The notes under the pieces: model-generated
What the model was told of the DNA's origin: nothing
What the model saw: the letters and a program-made list of their open reading frames with translations, nothing else
The model's database searches: none
Program-made: the position numbers and the translations under genes
NCBI GenBank assembly: GCA_030390025.1
Contig: CM059432.1
Span: 61,878,001-61,942,000, forward strand
Direction: 5' to 3'
Origin: Squalus acanthias
Taxonomy: Eukaryota
Length of the DNA stretch: 64,000 nt
Shown here: positions 49,839 through 63,560 of the stretch, in pieces
Layout: each line of letters opens with the position of its first letter
Numbering within the stretch: the stretch's first letter is position 1

Positions 49839-52800
49839 TCTTCTTGGGCAGTCCCTCGGAACCGAGGATGACTTGCTTCAACACTAAAAATGAATTCTCA
49901 GGTGACTGATGAACCCAATGCGGGACCTACCGTCTCTGTCACAGGTGGGGCAGACGGTGGCTGAACGGGTGGGTGGGGTGCTTGGGTTGACGTGCGCTCC
50001 TTCCGCTGTTTGCGCTTGGCTTCCGCTTGCTCCCGGTGAAGAGACTCTGTGTTCGGCGCCTTCCCGGATGCTTCTCCTCCACTTTGTGCGGTCTTGGGCC
50101 AGGGATTCCCAGGTGTCGGTGGAGATGTTGCACTTTTTCAAGGAGGCTTTGAGGGCTGTCCTTGAAGTGTTTCCTCTGCCCACCTGGGGCTCTCTTGCCG
50201 TGTCAGAGCTCCGAGTAGAGCGCTTGTTTTGGGAGTCTTGTATCGGGCATGCGGACGATGTGGCCTGTCCATCGGAGCTGATCGAGCGTGGTCAAAGCTT
50301 TGATGCTGGGGATGTTGGCCTGAGCGAGAACACTGACGTTGGTGTGCCTATCCTGCCAATGGATTTGCAGGATCTTGCAGAGGCAGCGTTGGTGGTACCT
50401 CTCCAGTGCTTTGAGGTGCCTGCTGTACATGGTCCATGTCTCTGAAGCATACAGGAGGGTGGGTATCACTACTGCTCTATAGACCATGAGCTTGGTGCTG
50501 GGTTTGCGGTCCTGGTCTTCAAACACTGTCTTCCTCAGTCGACCGAAGGCTGCACTGGGACACTGAAGGCGGTGTTGGACTTCGTCATCGACGTCTGCCC
50601 TTGTTGACAGTAGGCTCCCGATGTATGGAAAGTGGTCCACGTTGTCCAAGGGCTCGTCATGGATTTTGATAATCGGTGAGCAGTACTGTGTGGCGGGGGC
50701 AGGTTGGTAGAGGACCTTTGTCTTACGGATGTTTAGTGTAAGGCCCATGCTCTCGTACGTTTCTGTGAAGGTGTTGAAGATGGTTTGGAGTTCGACCTCT
50801 GAGTGTGTGCAGACGCAAGCATCGTCTGCATACTGTAATTCAATGACAGAGGATGGGACGACCTTGGATCTGGACTGGAGGCGACGGAGGTTGAACAGTT
50901 TCCCGTTTGTTCTGTAGATTAGCTCCACTCCAGCGGGCAGCTTACTGAGGCTGAGATGGAGCACTGCAGCAAGGAAGATCGAGATGTGCGTTGGTGCAAT
51001 GACAACCTTGCTTGACCCCGGTCCGTACGTGAATTGGATCTGTGGTGGAGCCATTGGTCAGGATCACGGCTTGCATGTCGTCGTGAAGCAGGCAGAGGAT
51101 GGTGACAAACTTTTGAGGGCAGCCGAATTTGAGGAGGGCACTCCATAATCCCTCACGGTTGACGGTGCCGAAGGCCTTTGCGAGGTCAAAGGCGGCCATG
51201 TACAGCGGTTGGTGCTGTTCTCTGCATTTCTCTTGTAGTTGACGCGTGGTGAAGATCATGTCCATTGTGCCCCTTAGTGGGCGGAATCCGCATTGCGACT
51301 TTGGGAGGAGCTCTTCAGCCACTGGGAGAAGGCGATTGAGGAGGATTCTTGCGATGACTTTCCCTGTGGTAGACAGCAGGGAGACTCCTCTAATTACCGC
51401 AATCGGACTTGTCACCTTTCTTGAAGATGGTCACGATTACGGCGTCTCTGAGATCCCCTGGCATGCTCTCCTCCTCCAAATAAGAGAAATGAGTTCATGT
51501 ATTCGCGCCAATAGTGCTTCTCCGCCATGTTTTAGCGCCTCGGCGGGGATTCCTTCTGCTCCTGAGGCCTTGTTGTTGTTCAGTTGTCGGATGGCCTTTT
51601 CAACCTCATGCCGGGCTGGAATTGTGCTGAGGTGGTGGCAGGCAGCATGCTGCGGGATGGAGTTGAGGACACTCGCGTCGAAGACAGAGTCTCGATTAAG
51701 GAGATCTTTGAAGTGCTCCTTCCAGCGGGCACTGATTGCCTCTCTGTCCTTGATGAGTACCTCTCCGTTCTTGGCCCGCAGTGGGGTAGGACCTTGGGTG
51801 CTTGGGCCGTAGGTGGTCTTGACTGCGTTTTAAGAATCCACGCACGTCGTGGTTGTCGGCTAGCTGCTGGATCTCCTGCGCTTTCTCCACCCACCATCTG
51901 TTCTTTAGGTCGCGCGTCTGTAGAGCTGCTTTCTTGCTATCGAGTTCTGTTGCTGTTTCCAGATCAGGAATGCCTTGTGCTTGCGGCTTATTAGCTCCTG
52001 GATCTCCTGGTCGTTCTCGTCGAACCAGTCTTGATGTTTCCTGGTCGAGTGACCGAGCGTCTCTTCACAGGTGCTGATTATGGAGGCCTTGAGTGCAGAC
52101 CAGGCGCTGTGGACACTCTTGTGTGTGTCTCTGAATCACTGGGAGTCGTCAGGTTGGTTGTGAGGTGCAGGCTGAATAGGGCTTTCTTAGCAGGGTCTTT
52201 TAGTGCTCCAGTGTTGATTTTCCTGCGGCATTGCTTCTGTTGCCGCCGCTGTTTTGGGGCTATGTTGATGGAGATGACTGAGCGGATTAGGCGGTGGTCT
52301 GTCCAGCAGTCGTCAGTTCCTGTCATGGCGCGGGTGATGCGGACGTCCTTGTGGTCCCTCGCTCTGACGATGACGTCGTCCAGCAGATGCCGGTGCTTGG
52401 AGCGAGGGTGTTGCCATGAAGCCTTGTACTTGTGTCTCTGACAGAACAAGGTGTTGGTTATGACAAGGTCATGTTCTAAGCATTTCGTCAGGAGGAGGGT
52501 ACCGTTGGCGTTGGCTTTCCCTACCCCCTCTCTGCCGATGACACCTCCCCAGAGGTCTGTGTCCTTTCCAACTCTGACGTTGAAGTCGCCAAGGAGGATC
52601 AGCTTGTCGCCCATTGGGACTCTTTGGTCTCGTCTGTGGCTTCCAGTGTTGGGGCGTACGCACTGATGACCGTAGCGCACTGGTTCCGGGCTAGGGTGAG
52701 CGTCTCTGAGACGTTCAACTAGCTCATTTTTTATGGAGGCGGCGTTCTTCTTCAAGTTTGCCTTTCCAGAAGAAGGTGTAACCACCGCCTTGCTCCTTGA

Positions 52801-52858
52801 GCTGGCCTTCCCCTGCCCGCTGGGTCTTGCTTAGGGCGGCGATGTCGAAACGTCTGAG
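49839..52858 (-). mobile_element. RTE-clade LINE, about 3 kb, frameshifted
   Basis: LLGDFNVRVG, TDHRL, QCGFRPLRGT, FDLAKAF and LQYADD motifs, C-terminal CPTC..H...H, GAA-type tail; TSD CATTTTTGT at 49830-49838 and 52859-52867. Confidence 0.92.
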
Positions 52859-54739
52859 CATTTTTGTCCTATTCTTGTAATGTCATGCCCATCTTGTTCG
52901 TCTCCCTGTTAAATACTGAGGCAAAGTAACTATTCAATATTTCTTCCATTTCGCTGTCATTACCTTGGAGTTTATCTTGTGCATCCCTTAGTGGCCCTAT
53001 TCTATCCTGAATTTTCTTTTGTTATTTATGTGCCTGTAGTATACTTTATTATTCCTTTTTTTTTATATTGCCTGATGATTTAATTTCGTAGTTCCTCTTT
53101 GCTCTCCTAATTTTTTTAACTTCTTTCCTAACCTCTTTGTATTCCCTTTTGTCATTTTCTCCTTTATTATTTATGTACTTAGAGTATGCCTTTTTCTTCA
53201 GTTTAAATTTTGCCCATATGTCTTTATTCAATCATGGTGTTTCATTATTGGCTAGTTCTTGTTTTTTTTATAGGAATATATTTAACCTGAACTCTCTTGA
53301 TCACCGTTTTAAATATTTCCCACTGCTGTTCTCTTAATTTTTTTTCCAGTTTACCTTCCCTAGTTCCATTTTCATCCCCTCAAAATTAGCTTTTTGCCAA
53401 TCTACTACTCTGGTCTTTGTCTCTTCTGTCTTTCTCAATCATTATTTTAAACTTTTATGTTATGATTGCTGTTGCCTAGATGTTCCCTCATGTTTACTGC
53501 TCTTATCTGCTCTGGTTCATTTCCCATTACTCGATCCAGCAGTGATTCCTCTCTGGTTGAGCTTCTAACGTAATGGGTAAGAAAGGAGTCCTGCATACAG
53601 TGTAAAAGCTCCATTTCCTTTTCCGCTTTCCCTATCTCTTGCTAGTTTATTTGGGGGTAGTTGAAATTTCACATGATTATTCAATGTCTTTTACTCATTT
53701 CATAGATTTACCTACATAGTTCTTCTTCCACTTTCCTTCCACTATTAAGTAGCCAGTAGAATACTCCTATTAAGGTGATCAATCCCTTTTGTTCCTTTGT
53801 CTAATCTTCATGTTAGTTATGTCCCTTTTTTTTTCTACAGCTGTTACGTTGTGTCCAATTAGCACAGCTACCCCACCCAACCTTCCTGCCCTATCCTTTC
53901 TAAATGAGTTATAGTCTGCAACATTTAACTGCCAGTCCTGTTCTTTATGTAGCCATGTTTCAGTTACCCTACTACATTTGGTTCCTCACTACAAATTATT
54001 CCCTCCAGTTCCCCTGTTTTTAGAATGGTAATTTATTTTTATTAATTATTCGCCTCACTTTATTTTTAAGTCATTTTATACTTCTATTTCCTGACCGTTT
54101 GTTACCCTTATTCCTTTTCTTGGTCTAACGTTTACTCTTTTATTTCTTATGCTATTTCACCAGATCCCTCCCCCAGTCTTACAAGTTTAAAGTTCTATCC
54201 ACAGCCCTATTTATCCTTTCCGTTCGGACACTGGTTCCATTCCGGTTCGAGCGGAGCCTATCCCAGCGATACAGATCTTTCCTGTCCCAGTACTGGTGCC
54301 ACTGTCCCATGAAATTGAACCCCTCCTTCTCACACCAGTCTTTCAGCCACGCATTCACCTTCCTGATCTGTCTGTGTCTCTATGCTAATTAGCACACTGC
54401 TCGGGTAGTAATCCCAAGATTACCACTCGTGAGTCCTGTTTTTTTTAAAATTTAGTTCTAACATCTCATATTCCCTCTGCAGGACCACCTCCCTCTTCTT
54501 CCCTATGTCATTGGTCCCAACATGGACCACAACAACTAGATCCCTCCCTTTCCAAGTTCCTCTCGTGTTGCTCTGAGATATCCCTTACCTTTGCACAGAT
54601 AGGCAACACACCCTCTTGGACTCTTGTCATGACTGCAGAGGACGCTATCTATCCCCCTAATTTTTCGAATACCCTTTTGATTCTGCGCATCCCACTTGGA
54701 CTGCCTCCTGCTCCACGATAAACATTCTGGCCATCCTCT

Positions 54740-56530
54740 ACAAGTATGTAAAAAGAAAAAAAATTGCTGAAGACAAATGTAGGTCCCTTACAGTCAGAAA
54801 TGGGAGAATTTATAATGGGGAACAAGGAAATGGCTGAGCAATTAAACAAATACTTTGGTTCTGTCTTCACAGAAGAGGACACAATTAACTTCCCAGAAAT
54901 GCTAGGGATCCAAGGGTCTAGTGAGAAGGAGGAATTAAAGGAAATTGGTATTAGTAAAAAAAATAGTGCTGGAGAAATTAATGGGACTGAAAGCCGATAA
55001 ATCCCAGGACCTGATAATCCGCAACCCAGAGTACTAAGAGGTAGCCATGGAAATAGTGGATGCATTGGTTGTCATCTTCCAAAATTCTATAGATTATGGA
55101 ACAGTTCCTGCAGATTGGAGGGTGGCAAATGTAACCCCACTATTTAAAAAAGGAGAGAGAGAGAAAACCGGGAACTACAGACCGGTTAGCCTAACATCAG
55201 TAGTAGGGAAAATGCTAGAGTCTATTATAAAGGATGTGATAACAGGTCACTTAGAAAATATCAACAGGATTAGACAAAGTGTTTGACAAACCTACTGGAG
55301 TTTTTTGAGGATGTAACTGGTAGAATAGATAAGGGAGAACCAGTGGATGTGGTGTATTTGGATTTTCAGAAGGCCTTTGATAAAGTCCCACATAAGAGGT
55401 TAGTGTGCAAAATTAAAGCACATGGGATTGGGGGTAATATACTGGCATGGATTGAAAATTGGTTAACAGAGAGTAGGAATAAATGGGTCTTTTTCGGGGT
55501 GGCAGGCGGTGACTAGTGGGATACCGCAGGGATCAGTGCTTGGGCCCCAGCTATTCACAATATATATCAATGATTTGGATGAGGGAACCAAATGTAATAT
55601 TTCCAAGTTTGCTGACGACACAAAACTAGGTGGGATTGTGAGTTGTGAGGAGGATGCAAAGAGGCTTCAAGGCGATTTAGACAAGTTGAGTGAGTGGGCA
55701 AATACATGGCAGATGCAGTATAACGTGGATAAATGTGAAGTTATCCACTTCAGTAGGAAAAACAGAAAGGCAGAGTATTATTTAAATAGTGATAGATTGG
55801 GAAATGTTGATGTACAAAGGGACCTGGGTGTCCATGTACACCAGTCACTGAAAGCAAACATGTAGGTGCAGCAAGCAGTTAGGAAGGCAAATGGTATGTT
55901 GGCCTTCATTGCAGGAGGATTTGAGTACAGGAGCAAGGATGTCTTACTACAGTTGTACAGGGCCTTGGTGAGACCACACCTGGAGTACTGTGTGCAGTTT
56001 TAGTCTCCTTACTTAAGAAAGGATATACTTGCCAGAGAGGGAGTGCAGCGAAGGTTCACCAGACTGATTCCTGGGATGGCAGGACTGTCTTATGAGGAGA
56101 GATTGGGTCGACTAGGCCTCTGTTCACTAGACTTTAGGAGAATGAGAGGGGATCTCATTGAAACGTGTAAAATTCTGACACGGCTAGACAGACTGGATGT
56201 AGGGAGGATGTTTCCCCTGGCTGGGGGGGTCTAGAACGAGGGGTCACAGTCGCAGGATACGGGGTAGGACATTTAGGACTGAGATGAGGAGAAATTTCTT
56301 CACTGAGGGTGGTGAACCTGTGGAATTCTCTACCACAGACAGCTGTGGAGGCCAAGTCACTGAATATATTTAAGAAGGAGATAGATTTCTAGACACAAAA
56401 GGCATCAAGGGGTATGGGGAGAGAGCAGGAATATGGTATTGAGATAGAGGATCAGCCATGATCATATTGAATGGTGGAGCAGGCTCGAAGGGCCGAATGG
56501 CCTACTCCTTCTCCTATTTTTCTATGTTTC
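54740..56530 (+). mobile_element. 5'-truncated CR1 (RT)
   Basis: ORF pieces 54764-56234; ttctatg tail. Confidence 0.9.
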
Positions 56531-57639
56531 CCTGTAGCTTTCATCCTTATCCTCACAGGTGGCAATACATTGTACCTGTTGGATAGGACCAGTGTTTGCA
56601 GGACCTCTTTCTTTGCCTCCCCGGGTTCCCCCTACCCTGCTGGCTGGCTGGCTGTGCTTTTCTCTGAGGTGTGACAACTCTGGAGAAAACTATCCAGATA
56701 TTCCTCCCCCTCCCTTTGTGTTTGAGTGTCCCTAACTCGCACTCCAGCTCAACAAGTGACTCAAGGCAGAGACATTTCCTGCAAATGTGGCAATCCAGGA
56801 CTGTCACTGACCACCAACTCTCACATATCACAGTCCCGACACACAGCCTGTGCTGTCATCTCTAATATTTATTTATTAGTTAGCAGTAATTTATATCTAG
56901 AACTAATAGAAGCATTTGAAGTCTATTATTAATCAGGGCCTCTGACCTGTTTAAGCCTCTGCCTTCCTCCAAGCTTTACCTCCAGCCTCTGACCTCTAGG
57001 CTCTGGCTCTGCCCAACCTGGCCCTGATGTTGTCAAAACAAATTGCCAGCTTTGGGTTTCTATGTTTGCTCCCTTCAACCCCATCCTTGTTTAACCTGTA
57101 CCACTGCTTTGAGGGTGGGGGAGACTTAGGGCCTTGAGCAGTGCTCCTTCTGGCCTCGCAGCCTGTCCAACCTGCTAATTTAAGCCCATCCTTGCTCTTT
57201 GATGTCTTCAAAAAAACATATTTTTCAATTAAACTTTGGGCCTTGAATCTTGCTTCCTCCAATCCTGCCCCTACTCACCTTGTTCTGATAACCCATAAAA
57301 AATGTGAAATTTCTGGCCTCTAGCCCTGTCATAAGAACATAAGAAATAGGAGCAGGAGTAGGCCAGCCTCCTTTGCCACTGTTCACAGCCTTTGTTTGAA
57401 TTTTTTTTTAATTGGACATCTCCCTAGTTCCATTCAGGAGGGCTGCATCCTATAATCTTTGCCATTTCCAAGCAGTAAACTCAGAATTTGACAACTTGTT
57501 TGAAGGGTTTATGATGCATTGTTTTATAGATGGTGCTATGAGGCCTTTAAACAAATTACTGATCTCTTGGTTTACTGGTTGGAAACAATATTTCAAGGTA
57601 TCTTGCTGTGGAGGGAGATAGGGTAGTTAACTAGGGGAG

Positions 57640-60068
57640 GCTTCATGTAGACTGGACAAATCAAATTGGCAAGGGTAGTCTGGAGGACGAGTTCATGGAA
57701 TGCATTTGGGACAGTTTCCTAGAACAATATGTCATGGAACCAACCAGGGAACAGGCTATTTTAGATCTTGTATTGTGTAATGAGACAGGGTTAATTAGCA
57801 ATATCATAGTAAAGGATCCTCTGGGGCAGAGTGATCATAATATGATAGAATTTCAAGTTAATGTTGAGAGTGACTTGCCCAAGTCCGAAACTAGAGTCTT
57901 AAACTTAAATAAAGCCAATTACATAGGTATGAGGGGCGAGTTGGCTAAGGTAGATTGGAAAAATAGATTAAAAGGTATGGAGGTAGATAAGCAGTGGCTA
58001 ACATTTAAAGAAATATTTCATAATTCTCAACAAAAATACATTCCATTGAGAAACAAAAACTACACTGGAAAAGTGATCCAACCGTGGCTAACTAAAGAAG
58101 TTAAGGATAGCATTAGATTGAAAGAAGAAGCTTATAATGTTGCAAAGAATAATAGTAAGCCTGAGGATTGGGAGAGTTTCAGAAACCAGCAAAGGTTGAC
58201 CAAAAAATAGAATGTGAGAAAACTAGCAAGAAATATAAAAGCAGTACAAGTATGCAAAAAGGAAAAGAGTAGCAAAAGTAAACATTGGTCCCTTCGAGGC
58301 TGAGACCAGAGAAATTATTATGGGGAATAAGGAAATGGCAGAAAGGTGAAACACATATTTTGTACCTGTCTTCACAGTAGAAGACACAAAAAGCATACCA
58401 AAAATGGTGGGGAACCAAGGGTCTAACGAGGGTGAGGAACTTAATGTAATTAATATAAGTAGAGAAAAGTACTAGAAAAACTAATGAGACTAAAAGCCGA
58501 CAAATCCCCTGAACCTGACGGCCTACATCCTAGGGTTCTAAAAGAGGTGGCTGAAGAGATAGTGGATGCATTAGTTTTGATCTTCCAAAATTCCCTAGAT
58601 TCTAGAATCGTCCCAGTGGATCGGAAGGTCGCAAATGTGACACCACTATTCAAGAAAGGAGGGAGAGTAAAAACAGGGAACTACAGGCCAGTTAGCCTGA
58701 CATCAGTCGTCGGGAAAATGCTGGAATCCATTGTTAAGGAAGTGGTATCAGGGCACTTAAAAAAAATCATAACATGATCAGGCAGAGTCAATATGGTTTT
58801 ATGAAAGGGAAATTGTGTTTGCCAAATTTGAGTTTTTTGAGGATGTAACTAGCAGCGTAGATAATGGGGAACAAGTGGATGTAGTGTATTTGGATTTCCA
58901 AAAGGCATTCGATAAGGTGCCACATAAAAGGTTATTACACAAGATTAGGGCTCATGGGGTTGAGGGTAATATAGTAACATGGATAGAGGATTAGTTAACG
59001 GACAGAAAACAGAGAGTAGGGATAAACTGATCCTTTTCAGGTTGGCAGGCTGTAACTAGTGGGGTGCCGCAAGGATCAGTGTTGGGGCCTCAGCTATTTA
59101 CAATCTATATTAATGACCTAGATGAAGGGACCAAGTGTATGTATCCAAGTTTGCTGATGATACAAAGCTAGGTGGGGCAGTAAGCTGTGAGAAGAACACA
59201 GTCTGTAAAGGGATATAGATAGATTAAGTGAGTGGGCAGTAAGGTGGCAGATGGAGTATAATGTAGGGAAATGTGAGGTTATTCACTTTGGTAGGAAGAA
59301 TAGAAAAAGAGAATATTTTTTGAAACGGTGAGAAACTTTCAAATGTTGGTGTTCAGAGAGATTTGGGTGTCCTCATGCAAGAAACACAGAAAGCTAGCAT
59401 GCAGGTACAGCAAGCAAAAAGGAAGGCAAATGGCATGTTGGCCTTTTATTGCAAGGGGGTTGGAGTATAAGAGTAAGGAAGTCTTGCTACAATTGTGCAG
59501 GGCCTTGGTGAGACCACATCTGGAGTACTGTGCACAGTTTTGGTCTCCTTATCTAAGGAAGGATATACTTGCCTTGGAGGCAGAGCAAGAAGATTCACTA
59601 GATTGATTCCTGGGATGAGAGGGCTGTCCTATGATGAGAGATTGTGTAGAATGGGCCTATACTCTCTCGAGTCTAGAAGAATGAGAGGTGATCTCATTGA
59701 AACATACAAAATTCTGAAGGGGATTGACAGGGTAGATGCTGAGAGGTTGTTTCCCCTGGCTGGAGTGTCTAGAACTAGGGGGCATAGTCTCAGAATAAGT
59801 GGTCGGCCATTTAAGACTGAGATGAGGAGGAATTTCTTCACTGAGGGTTGTGAATCTTTGGAATTCCCTGCCCCAGAGGGCTGTGAATGCTGAGTCTTTG
59901 AGTATATTCAAGGCTGAGGTAGATAGATTTTTGGACTCATGGGGAATCAAGGGATATGGAGATCGGGCGGGAAAGTGGAGTTGAGGTCGATGATCAGCCA
60001 TGATCTTATTGAATGGCAGAGCGGGCTCGAGGGGCCGTATGGCCTACTCCTGCTCTTATTTCTTATGT
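57640..60068 (+). mobile_element. 5'-truncated CR1 (EN C-terminus + RT)
   Basis: SDHNMIEF and NYRPVSLTS motifs plus the 3' UTR. Confidence 0.9.
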
Positions 60069-60074
60069 TAGAAT

Positions 60075-60362
60075 ACTGTCTTTTGGATGAGATGTTAAAT
60101 CAAAGCCTTGTCTGCCTTTTGAGCTGGACTTGAAAGATTCCGTGGCACTATTCAAAGAAGAGCAGGGGAGTTCTACCAATGTTCTGGCCACTATTTATCC
60201 GTGAGCCAACACCACCAAAAAATCAGATTAATTGGTCATTTATCTGATTTTCTGTTGGCTGCCATGTTTGCTTCCATAACACTAGTGACTACACTTCAAA
60301 AGTAATTAATCAGCGTATGTCTTTAGGTTGTGAAACGTGCTATATAAATTTGTATTTTTCTT
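60075..60362 (+). mobile_element. Deu-domain SINE, 5'-truncated
   Basis: Matches 930-1240. Confidence 0.8.
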
Positions 60363-60883
60363 CAATGGGGATACAAAGGCAAGTAATGCGGACATTGGAC
60401 ATGACATAGGGGAGCAAACAAATAGGGGCCTCTGCTAACTGGATGGGCAGTGTGCGCAACAGATGGGATATAGGGGAAAGGAAAGTGTAGCACAGTCAGC
60501 ATGAGACCAAGCAAAGGTAGATAAGAAAAATGCTGAGAAGCGGTGAGAAACACATGAAGGACAGCTCTAGCTGCCAATCAGTGCATGAGTGCTGGGTTGT
60601 AGAGCCTAACAGTGGAGAAACAGGAACGATGCAGCAAGTAACAGGTTACTATAAAACAGAACACGAGTGAAGCGATAGAAGTGAACGTTATAAGAATGGG
60701 CTGTGGCAGTGAGAAGGCAAACGGTAATAGATACTACCACAAATTTCCTATAGAAGACAAGCCAAAGGAATGGTGTCATTTGGAGGAGGTGGGATTCAGA
60801 CAGAGTTGCACAGGACTCTGCAATTTTCCTGCACCTACCACTGGAAAACACAGACTTCAGTTCTCAACATCTTCTTCCCAAAT

Positions 60884-61281
60884 GGACTTGCATTTATATA
60901 GCACCTTTCATGATCTTATGATGTCCCAAAGCACTTTACAGCCAGTGAAGTACTTGGGGAAACACAGCAGCCAATTTACACACTGCAAGGTCCCACAAAC
61001 AGCAATGAGAGATACAGGACCACAGAATCTGTTTGTGATGCTGGTTGAGGGATAAATATTGGCCAGAACAATGGGAGAACTCCCCTGCTGTACTTCGAGC
61101 AGTGCCATCTAAGAGGATATAATGTCTCATCCGAAAGACAGCACCTCAGATAGTGCAGCACTCCCTTAGTACTGCACTGAAGTGTTAGCCTGGATTACAT
61201 GCTCCAGGCTCTGGAGTGGGGCTTGAACCCATGATGTTATGACTCTGAGACGAGAGCTGACCACTGAGGCAAGGCTGACAC
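60884..61281 (-). mobile_element. Deu-domain SINE
   Basis: Reverse complement of 787-1243 with internal deletions. Confidence 0.85.
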
Positions 61282-61339
61282 TGTTCTATATTTATGACTG
61301 CTGCTAACACGTTTTTGAAGATTTTTTTTGTAGTGTCTG

Positions 61340-61690
61340 AAAAACCAATTGAAGCTGCTTCATGATGTCAGTTTACCACAGACTAATAACATGGGATTGC
61401 CCAATCACACTGTTTCTCTGGATCAAAGCAATGTGCAGTGGTTACCATGGAAACAGGTTATCACTTTCGAACCCACTGAATTCCTGCCACTACTTTCCTG
61501 GTCTGCCTTTGCTAACGCTTTGCACAGTCCTGTCAATTGGTCACTAAATAGTCAGGTTGATCTTGCCCATAGCAACAGCCAATATGATTGTGGCATACTC
61601 GGGATGGTCACCTGGTTACTATTGGCTACTGATATATTTTTTAAACACTAACATTTGGAATGGTCATGTGATTGCTATTGACCAGAAATT
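61340..61690. promoter_or_regulatory. Candidate intronic enhancer or promoter with an RFX X-box cluster
   Basis: GTTACCATGGAAAC at 61441-61454, CTTGCCCATAGCAAC at 61562-61576, GTCACCTGGTTAC at 61607-61619, several CCAAT/ATTGG, GTCATGTGA at 61663. Confidence 0.5.
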
Positions 61691-62004
61691 GCTAGAAATT
61701 AACTTTTTTTTATTATTTGTTCTTGGGATGTGGATGATGTTGGAAAGGCTGCGTTTATTGCCCCATCCCCAGTTGCCCTGAGAAGGTGGTGAGCCTTCTC
61801 GTTGAAATGCTGCAGTACTTGAGATGGTGAAAATACAGATTTAGAATTGGGACTATAAAGTACCTTTATGCAACCGCCTGTACACCTTTAATTGAAAATA
61901 ATCACAACAGGATAAAATCAGAATTTTTTTTGTCATTGTATAGTTTGTCATTTTTTATGTACAGAGAGTACATTACTAGTAGTGGTGTACATACCCTGAG
62001 AACA

Positions 62005-62380
62005 AGAACTACTGCTTGCATTTATATAGCACCCTTAATACAATATAACATCCCAAAATGCTTTACAGAGACAAAACTGGAAAATTAGCATGTTGCATGT
62101 TTAGAGAAGTGTTAAGGGAGGTCGAGCATGTTCTCTGGTTAGGGAAGGTGAACAGAGCGATAAATTTTGAAGGAGATAGTAAGGCAGAGGGATGTAGTTA
62201 GTATTAGTGTGGGGCCAATACACTTGAAGGTTAGGCAATCTAAGGTGGAGCAGAGAGATGGGGAATGCAATGGCGGCCCGAATTGGAAGAGCAGGCTAAC
62301 GAGTACAGATGAAGGAGGTTATGAGGGACAAGCCCCTGGAGGGTACTTGAGGATGAAAGTAAATTGTCATCTGGGTCAGG
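62005..62380 (-). mobile_element. Degenerate L2 3' end
   Basis: cttgcatttatatagcac tail plus a diverged body. Confidence 0.55.
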
Positions 62381-63464
62381 GACATTTCAAAGCTTTTGCC
62401 TGAATGGAGTGTTGATCTTGTGGGGTTGTATTGCAGCCCTTTATGGGAAATTGGGAGAGACTTCTTGACCCAATCTTCCCTCCTTGGGAGAAGGTGGGTT
62501 CCCGGAAGAGGCTCGGGATCCTTTAAGTTTCTAGAGTCTACACTGAGTTTAAACATTTCTAGCTGGGAGATATCCCACCTATTTCATCTACATGTTTGTT
62601 GTGAGAAGGTTTGCGATAAACATGGGGCGATGTGGAATACTGCATATTACAAGCAACATTCCCCCTAATTTTATTTTTGGTGCGTGGTCCCTTTAACAGG
62701 CGACGCAGCCCATTCAAAATTTTGCGCATGCGTGGTTTCTCGCATTGAAAAGCCGGTGAGCGGCCTGCACGGGACCTCCAGACCATGGCCACGCAGCTTA
62801 GTGGGAACGTTAATTACAACTAATGATGATGAAAATTGTTAGCCTAGGTGTTGCAGGAAGACTTGCTTTCTGGTGGGCAAGTCAAGACTCTCTAGGGATT
62901 GTGAGGCCTATCAAGGTTTGGAGCCTCCCATATTGCGGTCCAAAATGGCTGAATGTGGCATCATGACCGTAACTTGTGTAGCAGTGTACCTTCCTGACCA
63001 TAGCCTCTCCAGAAACCCCTCACCATGATGGGTGTATTTTGTGAAGCAGTTGTGCTCAGTGTATGTGGCACTTCTGCATTTTGCTGCATGTATCATTTGT
63101 GAGGACATGGCTCCATACCGCCCTCTCATTTCTCCTTAGTGTCGTCGTCTTGACGCTTGCTCATCATGTAAAATAAATTTTCAAGTTTAACTTTTGCAGT
63201 GTAGTTGTTCCTGCCTGTGATAGTCATGTAAAAAACATCTCAGCCCAACTTATGATGCAGTTAGTTTGCCTCTTTTTATGTTTGTGTAATTCCAGTGCTT
63301 CGCACCCATGTATAAAGCAGATGATGCTGGTTGTGAATTGAATCTAGAGCTGCTGATCTGATGTCCTGCTGCTATAATATAAACAAAGCCTAAATATACA
63401 AATTTGTTTTCAATTTATGCTGCTGGATATTCTGTGTACGAATGTTTGTTTTACAACTGGTGTG

Positions 63465-63560
63465 AAAAGAAAGACTTGCATTTATACTGCGCCTTTCACG
63501 ACCACCAGACGTCCTAAAGCGCTTTACAGCCAATGAAGTACTTTTTTTTTGAAGTGTAGG
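63465..63560 (-). mobile_element. SINE tail fragment, followed by an unclassified CpG-containing repeat to the window end
   Basis: Matches 24744-24830. Confidence 0.7.

Larger units (their letters stand above)
48320..56870 (-). mobile_element. Old near-full-length CR1 (ORF1 Cys-rich and esterase regions, EN, RT) split by an RTE and a second CR1
   Basis: 3' end at 48320, RT to 49830, EN ~52870-54050, esterase ~54200-54660, Cys-rich ORF1 N-terminus (HICRKC) at 56553-56831. Confidence 0.75.
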
